DNA of 64,000 bases from an uncultured Mesonia sp. Its GTDB lineage: Bacteria > Bacteroidota > Bacteroidia > Flavobacteriales > Flavobacteriaceae. Location of the stretch: positions 17,863 through 81,862 of the forward strand of contig CATQIB010000010.1 in the NCBI GenBank assembly GCA_958296185.1, written 5' to 3'. This document shows positions 48,145 through 56,552 of the stretch, piece by piece (the first letter of the stretch is position 1; every line of letters starts with the position of its first letter). The notes beneath the pieces are model-generated. The model was not told where the DNA came from. It did not search any database and worked only from the letters and a program-made list of their open reading frames with translations. A program made the translations under genes and the position numbers.

Positions 48145-49197
48145 ATGGGTAAAGAAATACAAAAATCCTATAAATTTGCAACCGCTAGTGCCAGCCTCAT
48201 TAGTCTGGTAATGCTGGGCTTAGCGTTGCTCCTACAAGCCATTTATATCGAGGTGTATATCGGGCCAAGTATCCTGTTTTTTGTACTCGCGTGGGTGACC
48301 ACTTTTTTACTGATTCAATTGCGGTTAGAAAGTTACATCTTTAAACGGGTAAAAGAGGTTTATGATAAGGTTGAGTTGATTGAAAGTTCTGCCATTAAAA
48401 GTCCCAGAATCACAACCGATATGAATACCCTAATTCAAGAACTCGAGCATTTTGCCGAAGTTAAAAAACTTGAAATAGAGACTTTAAAAGATCGTGAAAA
48501 CTACCGTAAAGAGTTTATGGGTAACATTTCACACGAACTTAAAACACCGCTTTTTACGGTTCAAGGCTATATTTTAACGCTATTAGATGGCGCGATTAAC
48601 GATAAAAAAGTTCGTGAGAAATACTTACAACGCGCAAGCAAAGGCGTTGACAGATTGGTTTATATTGTAAAAGACCTCGACTTGATCACCCGACTCGAGA
48701 TGGAGGATATACAATTAGAAAAACAAGATTTTAATTTGGTGGCTTTAATACAGAATGTATTCGATTTGTTAGAAATGAAAGCCCATAAAAAAGACATCAG
48801 TTTTACTTTTGATACCGACTATAATACGCCTATTTATGTACATGCCAATAAAGATAAAATACAACAGGTTTTAATCAATTTGTTTGTAAATTCGATAAAA
48901 TATGGAAAGCACGGAGGCACTACCGAAGTAGCGATTGAGCCTTTAGTGAAAAATAAATTGATTGTGCGCATTACAGATAATGGCGAAGGAATACAGAAAG
49001 AAAACCTTAACCGCATTTTTGAACGTTTTTACCGCATAGATAAAAGCGGATCTAGAAAAGAGGGTGGTGCAGGCCTAGGTTTAGCAATTGTCAAACATAT
49101 ACTCGAGGCGCATCAAGAAAGCATTTATGTAGAGAGCGATTTTGGAACAGGCAGTGAATTCTCTTTTACGCTCGAAAAATCGAAAACAAAGCTTTAA
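48145..49197 (+). CDS. sensor histidine kinase (two TM, HisKA + HATPase_c)
   Basis: 350 aa. H-box FMGNISHELKTPL, N-box LFVNSIKYG, G-boxes DNGEGI and GGAGLGLAIVKHIL. Starts 6 nt after the regulator gene. Confidence 0.9.
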   Translation: MGKEIQKSYKFATASASLISLVMLGLALLLQAIYIEVYIGPSILFFVLAWVTTFLLIQLRLESYIFKRVKEVYDKVELIESSAIKSPRITTDMNTLIQELEHFAEVKKLEIETLKDRENYRKEFMGNISHELKTPLFTVQGYILTLLDGAINDKKVREKYLQRASKGVDRLVYIVKDLDLITRLEMEDIQLEKQDFNLVALIQNVFDLLEMKAHKKDISFTFDTDYNTPIYVHANKDKIQQVLINLFVNSIKYGKHGGTTEVAIEPLVKNKLIVRITDNGEGIQKENLNRIFERFYRIDKSGSRKEGGAGLGLAIVKHILEAHQESIYVESDFGTGSEFSFTLEKSKTKL

Positions 49198-50221
49198 AAT
49201 CGGGAGCCTCAAAAGTAGGAAATCCTTTTATATTTTTTAGTGCCTCTAATTTGCGCCATGTAAAGGCCTCTTGTGTGCAACTTGCCGTCCAGCCTTGCTT
49301 CGAAAAATAGCTTGCTAAATACTCTTGTTCGGGTTGCCCCGGCGTGGGAATTAAAAAAGCTTTAAGGCCTAAAGCGCAAAAATCCATCAAGCTACTATAA
49401 CCAGAACGGGCAATAACAAAATGACTGCTTTCTAAAACTTGCTGTACTTGGGTTCTAGTAGCAAAATCAATTATTTCTAGGTGGCTAGGAACTTTATCTA
49501 GTTTTAACTTTTTATCGCTTCCGCGGATAAGAACAACGGGTAGTTCGCTAAATTCAATCGCCTTAAGTAAAATGACTTCTAACTCACTGCGCTGCGGCTC
49601 CGGTCCAGATAATAGTATACTAATGTGTTTTTTCGTAACCGGGTTAGCATCCGCTTTAAGCTGACTTAATAAACCTATTTTTTTTATCTTAACTTGTCTT
49701 GAGGTTGTGTGTTGACTCAGCTTTCCGGCAAAAGCCAACTTATGAGTGAAATCGGGAATCCAACAATGCGAATGTGCTCGAATGATGCGCCAGTGTAGCA
49801 TATTGGCAATAGATTGCCCAGCGCCCAAAATATTGGTTTGATGGGTGAGGTAAACACTGGGTATGCAGGATAAAGCAGCTCCAGGTCGGTTATCACTAAT
49901 TACTCCACAAAGTTTTTCTTTTTTGTGTATGGCCAAAATCTGCTTTTTATCAAAATAGATATGCTTAAGCCAACTAATCACCTGAAAAGCCAAGACGGCT
50001 TTTAAAAAAGCAGGTTTTCGGCTATAGCGCACTTCGTAAGCTTGCAAGCGATAAGACTTAAGATGCGGAAAGTTTTTTGTGAGCAAAGTTAAAGCCAAGC
50101 CATCTGAAGCTAAAATAGGTTCAAAACCCTGTTGTTCGAGTGCTGCGATTAAGGGTATACAGCGGCTGGCATGCCCCAGCCCCCAATTTAAAACAACTAC
50201 TAAAATTTTTGGTTTTTGCAT
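49166..50221 (-). CDS. glycosyltransferase (GT1/GT28-like, MurG-fold)
   Basis: 351 aa. N-terminal NWGLGHASRCIPL and C-terminal ARSGYSSLMD...IPTPGQPEQ. The 3' end overlaps the convergent kinase gene by 32 nt. Confidence 0.75.
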   Translation of the reverse strand: MQKPKILVVVLNWGLGHASRCIPLIAALEQQGFEPILASDGLALTLLTKNFPHLKSYRLQAYEVRYSRKPAFLKAVLAFQVISWLKHIYFDKKQILAIHKKEKLCGVISDNRPGAALSCIPSVYLTHQTNILGAGQSIANMLHWRIIRAHSHCWIPDFTHKLAFAGKLSQHTTSRQVKIKKIGLLSQLKADANPVTKKHISILLSGPEPQRSELEVILLKAIEFSELPVVLIRGSDKKLKLDKVPSHLEIIDFATRTQVQQVLESSHFVIARSGYSSLMDFCALGLKAFLIPTPGQPEQEYLASYFSKQGWTASCTQEAFTWRKLEALKNIKGFPTFEAPDFKALFSIFRA

Positions 50222-50283
50222 CGCTTAAAAATACAACATCCTGCAATATTGAAAACAATTCTTAAAGCTGCGTATAATTTGTT

Positions 50284-50291
50284 TAATTTTG
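50284..50291 (+). promoter_or_regulatory. -7 box TAATTTTG (trmB)
   Basis: Exact match overlapping the ORF-track TTG start at 50289. Confidence 0.45.
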
Positions 50292-50309
50292 CCAAAAATT
50301 AATGCAGCA

Positions 50310-50984
50310 GTGGGAAGCAAAAATAAATTAAAAAGGTTTAGAGAAAACGAAAGTTTTGAAAATGTAATACAGCCAAACCGAGAAGAAATTACCTCGGGTA
50401 ATTTTAAATATCAAGGCAAATGGAAATCAGATTTCTTTAAAAATGATTTACCCTTAGTGCTAGAATTAGGTTGTGGAAAAGGAGAGTATTGTTTGGGACT
50501 CTCGGCGATGTATCCCGAAAAAAACTTCTTGGGAATAGATATTAAGGGCGCGCGTTTTTGGCGTGGAGCTAAAACTGCTTTATCGGAAAACAACACACGA
50601 GTTGGTTTTTTACGTACGCAAATCGAATTAATCGATCAAATTTTTGCACCCGGAGAGGTCGATGAAATATGGATTACCTTTCCAGATCCGCAAATAAAAT
50701 ACAAGCGTACCAAGCACCGCTTAACCAATTCAGAATTTCTACAGAAATACAAAGGTATTTTAAAAGAAGATGGTGTGGTAAACCTTAAAACAGATAGCGA
50801 GTTTATGCATGGGTATACCTTAGGTTTGCTGCACGGAGAAGGGCACGAGATTATAGAAGCTAATCACGATGTATATAAAAATGAATACAGTGCACCAGAA
50901 GTGGTAGGTATACAGACTTTTTATGAAAAACAATATCTTGAAAAAAACAAACCAATTACGTATATTCGATTTAAGATAAACTAA
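50310..50984 (+). CDS. trmB: tRNA (guanine-N7)-methyltransferase
   Basis: SAM motif LELGCGKGEY and FPDPQIKYKRTKHR. A TAATTTTG -7 box (50284-50291) overlaps the ORF-track TTG start, so the in-frame GTG at 50310 is proposed. The start remains uncertain. Confidence 0.85.
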   Translation: MGSKNKLKRFRENESFENVIQPNREEITSGNFKYQGKWKSDFFKNDLPLVLELGCGKGEYCLGLSAMYPEKNFLGIDIKGARFWRGAKTALSENNTRVGFLRTQIELIDQIFAPGEVDEIWITFPDPQIKYKRTKHRLTNSEFLQKYKGILKEDGVVNLKTDSEFMHGYTLGLLHGEGHEIIEANHDVYKNEYSAPEVVGIQTFYEKQYLEKNKPITYIRFKIN

Positions 50985-50987
50985 GAT

Positions 50988-51608
50988 TTGTTAGATACGG
51001 CCCAATTTATTGTAATCACTTATTTTGCTGCCATGGTGGGCGTTATTCCTCCAGGATTGGTAAATATGACGGTGGCAAAAACCTGTGTTAGTAAAGGTAA
51101 ACGTAGTGGCTTACGAGTAGCTTTGGGTGCATCTATGGTCGTGTTTTTTCAAGCTATGCTGGCCATTTTAATGGCCAAATACATCTTTAATCATCCTTAT
51201 GTACAAAAGATGATTTTGCGAGCAGGTCTAGTGGTTTTTTTGATTATGGGGATTTATTTTTATATAGCCGCACGCAAACCCAATAAAAAGGTAGCCCTTA
51301 AAAAACAAGAATCAACCCGTAATTTGGTAAAAGGTATGATGATTGCTGCTGTAAACGTATTTCCTATACCTTATTTTGTAACCATAAGCGCCGCCTTTCA
51401 TGCAGGCGATTTTAATTTTAGCCGTACCACCATATTTCTTTTTGCTTTAGCGGCCAGTTTAGGAACTTTCACTACGCTGTATATGTACGTGGTTTCTTTT
51501 ATGAAAATAGAAAAACACAACCAGTCTTTTTCTAAATACAGCAACTACTTTATGGCTGGATTAATGTTTATTTTGGTTTTAATTACCTTATTGCGAATTT
51601 TTTATTAA
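50988..51608 (+). CDS. LysE family amino-acid exporter
   Basis: 206 aa with about 6 TM and an N-terminal ...IPPGLVNM... motif. TTG start in the ORF track, so the start is uncertain. Confidence 0.75.
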   Translation: MLDTAQFIVITYFAAMVGVIPPGLVNMTVAKTCVSKGKRSGLRVALGASMVVFFQAMLAILMAKYIFNHPYVQKMILRAGLVVFLIMGIYFYIAARKPNKKVALKKQESTRNLVKGMMIAAVNVFPIPYFVTISAAFHAGDFNFSRTTIFLFALAASLGTFTTLYMYVVSFMKIEKHNQSFSKYSNYFMAGLMFILVLITLLRIFY

Positions 51609-51618
51609 GAGAAAAACG

Positions 51619-51954
51619 ATGGCGCAAAGCGATTTTTATGAACGCGTTTACCATTTGACTCGTCAAATACCCTATGGGCGAGTAACCTCCTATGGAGCCA
51701 TAGCCAAAGCTATTGGTTCGCCCAAAAGTGCTCGGGTGGTGGGTTATGCTTTAAATGCAAGTGCCGGCAATCCAGATATACCAGCTCATCGTGTGGTCAA
51801 TAGAAACGGAATGCTCACGGGTAAAGCCCATTTTTTGGGTTCTCAGGCCATGCAAGCTCAGCTTGAAGCGGAAGGAATTAGCGTTAAAAATAATCAAGTG
51901 CAAAACTTTCAAAAGTATTTTTGGCAGCCTCCTGTTTTGTCGTTAGATAATTAA
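51619..51954 (+). CDS. alkyltransferase-like (ATL) protein: MGMT DNA-binding domain lacking the acceptor cysteine
   Basis: 111 aa. YGRVTSYGAIA helix-turn-helix region, and IPAHRVVN where MGMT has PCHRV. Confidence 0.85.
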   Translation: MAQSDFYERVYHLTRQIPYGRVTSYGAIAKAIGSPKSARVVGYALNASAGNPDIPAHRVVNRNGMLTGKAHFLGSQAMQAQLEAEGISVKNNQVQNFQKYFWQPPVLSLDN

Positions 51955-51996
51955 TAAATGCCTCTTAAAGGGCTTTATAGTTAGAAGCTTAAACCT

Positions 51997-52004
51997 TATA
52001 TTTG
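51997..52004 (+). promoter_or_regulatory. -7 box TATATTTG (mrp-nifU cluster)
   Basis: Exact match 50 nt upstream of the ATG at 52055. Confidence 0.45.
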
Positions 52005-52054
52005 CATTTAGACTTAATCCAAATTAAGTGCTCATTATAAAATAGATATACTTC

Positions 52055-53188
52055 ATGAAAATAAATAAACAAGATATTTATAAGGCCCTAGAAAAAATAA
52101 GCGTTTCTGGTGAAGGCCAAAATATGGTAGAGAGTGGTGTAGTAAAAAATATTGTGACTTTTGGTGATGAGGTTGTGGTCGATCTTGAGTTGGCGACACC
52201 GGCTTTGCACATAAAAAAACGCGCAGAGGTAGATGTGATGAAGGCAATTCATGATTATGTGTATGCCAAAGCAAAGGTGAAAGTGAACGTAAAAGTAAAC
52301 GCTCCTTCTAAACCAAAAAATGAAATTAAAGGTAAACCTATACCCGGTATTAAAAATATTGTTGCGGTGGCATCTGGTAAAGGTGGGGTAGGTAAATCTA
52401 CTGTTACCGCTAACCTAGCGGTTAGTTTAGCTAATAAAGGATTTAAAGTGGGGCTGCTTGACGCGGATATTTACGGCCCTTCGGCAACCATTATGTTTGA
52501 CGTAGAACGCGAAAGACCGCTGTCTGTACAAGTCAATGGAAAATCTAAGATGAAACCAGTTGAAAATCACGGAGTAAAAATTCTTTCAATAGGATTTTTT
52601 ACCCAACCCAACCAAGCGGTAATCTGGCGAGGACCTATGGCGGCAAAAGCTTTAAACCAAATGATCTTTGATGCCGATTGGGGTGAGCTTGATTTCCTTT
52701 TAATCGATTTGCCTCCAGGTACAGGCGATATTCACTTGTCTATCATGCAATCTTTACCTATTACAGGAGCAGTAATGGTAAGTACACCACAAAATGTAGC
52801 GCTTGCCGATGCAAAAAAGGGTGTGGCGATGTTCAGACAAGAAAGTATCAACGTTCCTGTTATCGGTATAGTGGAAAACATGGCCTACTTTACGCCTGAA
52901 GAATTGCCAGACAATAAATATTACATCTTCGGAAAACACGGAGCTAAAAATCTAGCAGAAGACTTAGAAATTCCTTTCTTAGGAGAGCTGCCATTGGTGC
53001 AAAGTATTCGAGAAGCAGGTGACATAGGTAGACCGGCTGCGCTACAAACCGATACGCCAAGCGCTCAAGCAATTGAGGCTATTACCAAGCAGGTAGTGCA
53101 AGAAACCGTAGCAAGAAACCAAGGCTTACCACCTACTGAAGCAATCAAAATAACCACTATGGCAGGTTGCAGTGCTGTAAAAAAATAG
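52055..53188 (+). CDS. Mrp/NBP35/ApbC family Fe-S cluster carrier ATPase
   Basis: 377 aa. N-terminal DUF59-like region, deviant Walker A VASGKGGVGKST, and ENMAYF. A TATATTTG -7 box lies 50 nt upstream. Confidence 0.9.
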   Translation: MKINKQDIYKALEKISVSGEGQNMVESGVVKNIVTFGDEVVVDLELATPALHIKKRAEVDVMKAIHDYVYAKAKVKVNVKVNAPSKPKNEIKGKPIPGIKNIVAVASGKGGVGKSTVTANLAVSLANKGFKVGLLDADIYGPSATIMFDVERERPLSVQVNGKSKMKPVENHGVKILSIGFFTQPNQAVIWRGPMAAKALNQMIFDADWGELDFLLIDLPPGTGDIHLSIMQSLPITGAVMVSTPQNVALADAKKGVAMFRQESINVPVIGIVENMAYFTPEELPDNKYYIFGKHGAKNLAEDLEIPFLGELPLVQSIREAGDIGRPAALQTDTPSAQAIEAITKQVVQETVARNQGLPPTEAIKITTMAGCSAVKK

Positions 53189-53196
53189 GAAAGAAA

Positions 53197-53451
53197 ATGA
53201 ATTTAGAACTTAGGAAAAAGGTAGAAAAAGCACTAGAAGAAATTAGACCTTTCTTAAAGAATGACGGAGGTGATATTTCTTTGCTTGATATCGACGAAAA
53301 AGAAAATATAGTGCGCGTGCAACTTGAAGGAGCTTGCGTGGGTTGTAGTGTGAACCAAATGACTTTAAAATCTGGAGTAGAAATGACCATTAAAAAATAT
53401 GCTCCGCAAATTGAAAAGGTCATCAACGTAGCTCCAGAATTATCAAAATGA
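53197..53451 (+). CDS. NifU C-terminal-domain (Nfu-type) Fe-S scaffold/carrier protein
   Basis: 84 aa from MNLELRKKVE. Motifs DGGDISLLDI and GACVGCS (CxxC). Starts 8 nt after the mrp stop. Confidence 0.88.
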   Translation: MNLELRKKVEKALEEIRPFLKNDGGDISLLDIDEKENIVRVQLEGACVGCSVNQMTLKSGVEMTIKKYAPQIEKVINVAPELSK

Positions 53452-53483
53452 TAATTGTCATTCCTCATAAATTCTATATCCGC

Positions 53484-53491
53484 TAATTTTG
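53484..53491 (+). promoter_or_regulatory. -7 box TAATTTTG (ferredoxin-NADP reductase / ferredoxin pair)
   Basis: Exact match 30 nt upstream of the ATG at 53522. Confidence 0.5.
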
Positions 53492-53521
53492 TTTAAAAAT
53501 ACGAAGCGATCAAAAAAAGCT

Positions 53522-54583
53522 ATGATTAAAACAGATATTCTTATAATCGGTGCAGGTCCAACAGGACTCTTTACCGTATTTGAAGCCGGTTTACTCAAAT
53601 TAAAATGCCACTTGATAGATGCCTTGCCACAACCTGGCGGGCAATGTGCAGAAATATATCCCAAAAAACCTATTTACGATATTCCAGCTTTTCCTGAAGT
53701 ATTAGCCGGAGATTTAGTAGATAACTTGATGGAGCAAATCAAACCCTTTGAGCCCGGTTTTACGCTAGGAGAACGTGCAGATACCATCGAAAAATTAGAT
53801 GATGGTACTTTTATCGTAACAACAAACAAGGGCACAAAACATCACGCTCCTGTGGTGGCTATTGCCGGTGGTCTAGGAAGTTTTGAACCTCGTAAACCCT
53901 TGATAGAAAATTTAGGTCAATACGAAGATAAAGGCGTTCGTTATATGATTAAAGACCCTGAGTTTTACCGTGACAAAAAAGTGGTCATCGCAGGGGGTGG
54001 CGATTCGGCTTTAGATTGGAGTATCTTCTTAGCCGATGTGGCAGAAGAGGTGACTCTAGTACATCGAAGAAATGAGTTTAGAGGAGCTCTAGATTCTGTT
54101 GATAAGGTGAAGGAATTAAAAGATTTGGGAAAAATCAACCTGATTACCCCAGCCGAAATTGTACAGTTGGAGGGTGAAGATCATCTCGAGGCGGTACTCA
54201 TAAGAAAAAGCAACGAGGCAAAGGAAGAATTTTGGTTGCCTGTAGATGAGTTTATACCTCTTTTTGGATTGTCTCCAAAACTAGGTCCAATCGCCGACTG
54301 GGGCTTAGAGATTGAAAAAAATGCGATTAAGGTTGACAATAGCCTAGATTACCAAACCAATATTCCTGGTATCTATGCCATTGGCGATGTAAATACCTAT
54401 CCTGGTAAACTAAAATTGATTCTATGTGGCTTCCACGAAGCTACTCTAATGTGCCAAAGTGCATACCAACGTATTTTCCCCGATAAAAAGTACGTAATGA
54501 AATATACAACCGTAGGAGGCGTTACTGGTTTTGATGGTAGCAAAAAAGAAGCTCCCAAGGCTGTAGTAAAGGCAATAAATTAA
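53522..54583 (+). CDS. ferredoxin--NADP(+) reductase, thioredoxin-reductase-like type
   Basis: Starts MIKTDILIIGAGPTGLF (FAD GxGxxG). Second dinucleotide motif VIAGGGDSALDW. No CxxC redox centre. A TAATTTTG -7 box (53484-53491) overlaps the ORF-track TTG start. Confidence 0.85.
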   Translation: MIKTDILIIGAGPTGLFTVFEAGLLKLKCHLIDALPQPGGQCAEIYPKKPIYDIPAFPEVLAGDLVDNLMEQIKPFEPGFTLGERADTIEKLDDGTFIVTTNKGTKHHAPVVAIAGGLGSFEPRKPLIENLGQYEDKGVRYMIKDPEFYRDKKVVIAGGGDSALDWSIFLADVAEEVTLVHRRNEFRGALDSVDKVKELKDLGKINLITPAEIVQLEGEDHLEAVLIRKSNEAKEEFWLPVDEFIPLFGLSPKLGPIADWGLEIEKNAIKVDNSLDYQTNIPGIYAIGDVNTYPGKLKLILCGFHEATLMCQSAYQRIFPDKKYVMKYTTVGGVTGFDGSKKEAPKAVVKAIN

Positions 54584-54586
54584 GTT

Positions 54587-54922
54587 ATGAATCCAGATAT
54601 AAATATCATCATTACAGATCGTGAGGGTCAAAAACACGAAGTGGTAGCCCCAACTGACATGAATATGAACATTATGGAGCTTGTGCGTTCTTATGAGCTG
54701 GCTCCCGAAGGTACTATTGGTGTTTGTGGAGGAATGGCGATGTGTGCCTCTTGTCAATGCTATATTCTAACGCCTCAAATTGAATTGCCCGATATGCAAG
54801 ACGATGAAGAGGCTATGCTCTCGGAGGCATTTTACACGAAAGAAAACAGCCGTTTGGGTTGTCAGATACAACTAACTCCAGAGATGGAGGGATTAGAAAT
54901 AGAATTAGCACCAGAGTCTTAA
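54587..54922 (+). CDS. [2Fe-2S] ferredoxin, adrenodoxin/putidaredoxin type
   Basis: 111 aa. CGGMAMCASCQC (Cx5Cx2C) plus a distal Cys in RLGCQI. Starts 3 nt after the reductase stop. Confidence 0.88.
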   Translation: MNPDINIIITDREGQKHEVVAPTDMNMNIMELVRSYELAPEGTIGVCGGMAMCASCQCYILTPQIELPDMQDDEEAMLSEAFYTKENSRLGCQIQLTPEMEGLEIELAPES

Positions 54923-54972
54923 CTGCTGCTTTTGGAGGTGGTTGACTGAAATAAAAATAGAGGTTTAAAAGG

Positions 54973-55000
54973 GTCGTTATTAAAAAATAACGGCTTTTTT
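54973..55000 (+). terminator. intrinsic terminator after the ferredoxin gene
   Basis: 9-bp stem gtcgttatt / aataacggc (one G-U pair), loop aaaa, then T6. Confidence 0.7.
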
Positions 55001-55086
55001 ATTTTAAGCAGACCTAATAAGTGATCCTTCAATATTTTAGGTCAGCTGCTCTATTAAAATAAATTCCCATCGATAAGTACATAAAC

Positions 55087-55116
55087 AAACGGCAAGGATT
55101 TAAGCCTTGCCGTTTT
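55087..55116 (-). terminator. terminator hairpin downstream of the acyl-CoA dehydrogenase gene
   Basis: 11-bp stem aaacggcaagg / ccttgccgttt with a 7-nt loop. T-rich flanks on both strands. Confidence 0.7.
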
Positions 55117-55140
55117 ACTTTTATTTTATGTTTTAATCGA

Positions 55141-56319
55141 TTATTTAAAAGCCGGAATTCCAGTTATATCGGCACCGGTTATTAAAAGATGAATATCGTG
55201 CGTTCCTTCGTAGGTGATAACACTTTCTAGATTCATCATATGGCGCATTATGCTGTATTCTCCTGTTATTCCCATACCACCAAGCATTTGTCTAGCTTCA
55301 CGGGCAATATTGATAGCCATTTCAACATTGTTTCTTTTGGCCATAGATATTTGCGCTGTAGTCGCTCGATCCTCGTTTTTAAGTTGTCCCAAACGCAAGG
55401 CCATTAGTTGAGCTTTAGTGATTTCGGTAATCATTTCGGCTAGCTTCTTTTGTTGTAATTGAAAGCTGGCAATAGGTTTACCAAATTGTATACGCTCTTT
55501 GGCATAGCGTAAAGCTGTATCATAGCAATCCATTGCGGCACCAATTGCGCCCCAAGAAATTCCGTATCGCGCAGAATCTAAACAACCTAGTGGAGCTCCT
55601 AAACCAGATTTATTGGGTAATAAATTCTCTTTGGGAACTTTTACGTCTTGAAAGATTAACTCTCCAGTTGCCGATGCACGAAGCGACCATTTATTATGTG
55701 TTTCGGGTGTACTAAAACCTTCCATACCACGCTCTACTATAAGTCCGTGAATGCGGCCTTCTTCATTTTTGGCCCATACTACGGCTACGTCACAAAATGG
55801 GGAGTTAGAAATCCACATTTTGGCTCCATTTAATAAATAATGGTCGCCCATATCTTTGTAGTTGGTAGTCATCCCTCCAGGGTTAGATCCATGGTCAGGT
55901 TCAGTAAGACCAAAACTTCCCATCCATTCGCCACTGGCCAATTTAGGTAAGTACTTTTGACGTTGCTCTTCGGTACCGTATTTAAAAATAGGGTACATCA
56001 CCAAAGAAGATTGCACCGAGGCCGTAGAACGCACACCACTGTCTCCTCGTTCAATTTCTTGCATGATTAAGCCGTATGAAATTTGATCTAAGCCCGCACC
56101 GCCATACTCAGCCGGAATATAAGGACCAAAAGCACCAATTTCGGCTAGACCTTTAATGATTGATTTTGGAAATTCTGCCTTTTGAGCGGCATCTTCTATA
56201 ATTGGCGACACCTCCTTTTTAACCCAGTCTCGGGCGGCAGTACGTACCATTTTGTGTTCGTCGCTAAGCAAATCATCTATTTGGTAATAATCAGGGGCGT
56301 GAAATAAATCGGGTTTCAT
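55141..56319 (-). CDS. acyl-CoA dehydrogenase, glutaryl-CoA dehydrogenase-like
   Basis: About 392 aa from MKPDLFHAPDYY. Motifs LTEPDHGSNPGGM and C-terminal TYEGTHDIH. The ORF-track start 56364 adds 15 non-homologous residues. Confidence 0.88.
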   Translation of the reverse strand: MKPDLFHAPDYYQIDDLLSDEHKMVRTAARDWVKKEVSPIIEDAAQKAEFPKSIIKGLAEIGAFGPYIPAEYGGAGLDQISYGLIMQEIERGDSGVRSTASVQSSLVMYPIFKYGTEEQRQKYLPKLASGEWMGSFGLTEPDHGSNPGGMTTNYKDMGDHYLLNGAKMWISNSPFCDVAVVWAKNEEGRIHGLIVERGMEGFSTPETHNKWSLRASATGELIFQDVKVPKENLLPNKSGLGAPLGCLDSARYGISWGAIGAAMDCYDTALRYAKERIQFGKPIASFQLQQKKLAEMITEITKAQLMALRLGQLKNEDRATTAQISMAKRNNVEMAINIAREARQMLGGMGITGEYSIMRHMMNLESVITYEGTHDIHLLITGADITGIPAFK

Positions 56320-56552
56320 AGGTTTATTTTGTTTTTTTGGTAGCCGTAAAGTTAACCAAATCAAGCCGACTAGGCAATAAATTGGGTTGAATAAATTATA
56401 GCTTTGTAGTGAAGATACTTGAGCCTATATGCTTTTTTCAAAGCGATCTTAATTCGTTATAAGGTGTATTTAAATTTTGACTTTAACGATGAAAATTCCT
56501 CGCTTATTGATGGTTTTAGGAAATCTGATAAGGTAAAATAAAACCATTTTAT

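Noticed and set aside
47455-49197. Calling the two-component system PhoB/PhoR, and the adjacent receptor locus a Pho regulon member.
   Set aside because: Only generic OmpR-family and HisKA/HATPase motifs are visible. The kinase has no PAS domain, and I recognise no Pho-box consensus. The phosphate link remains speculation and was not used in the gene calls.
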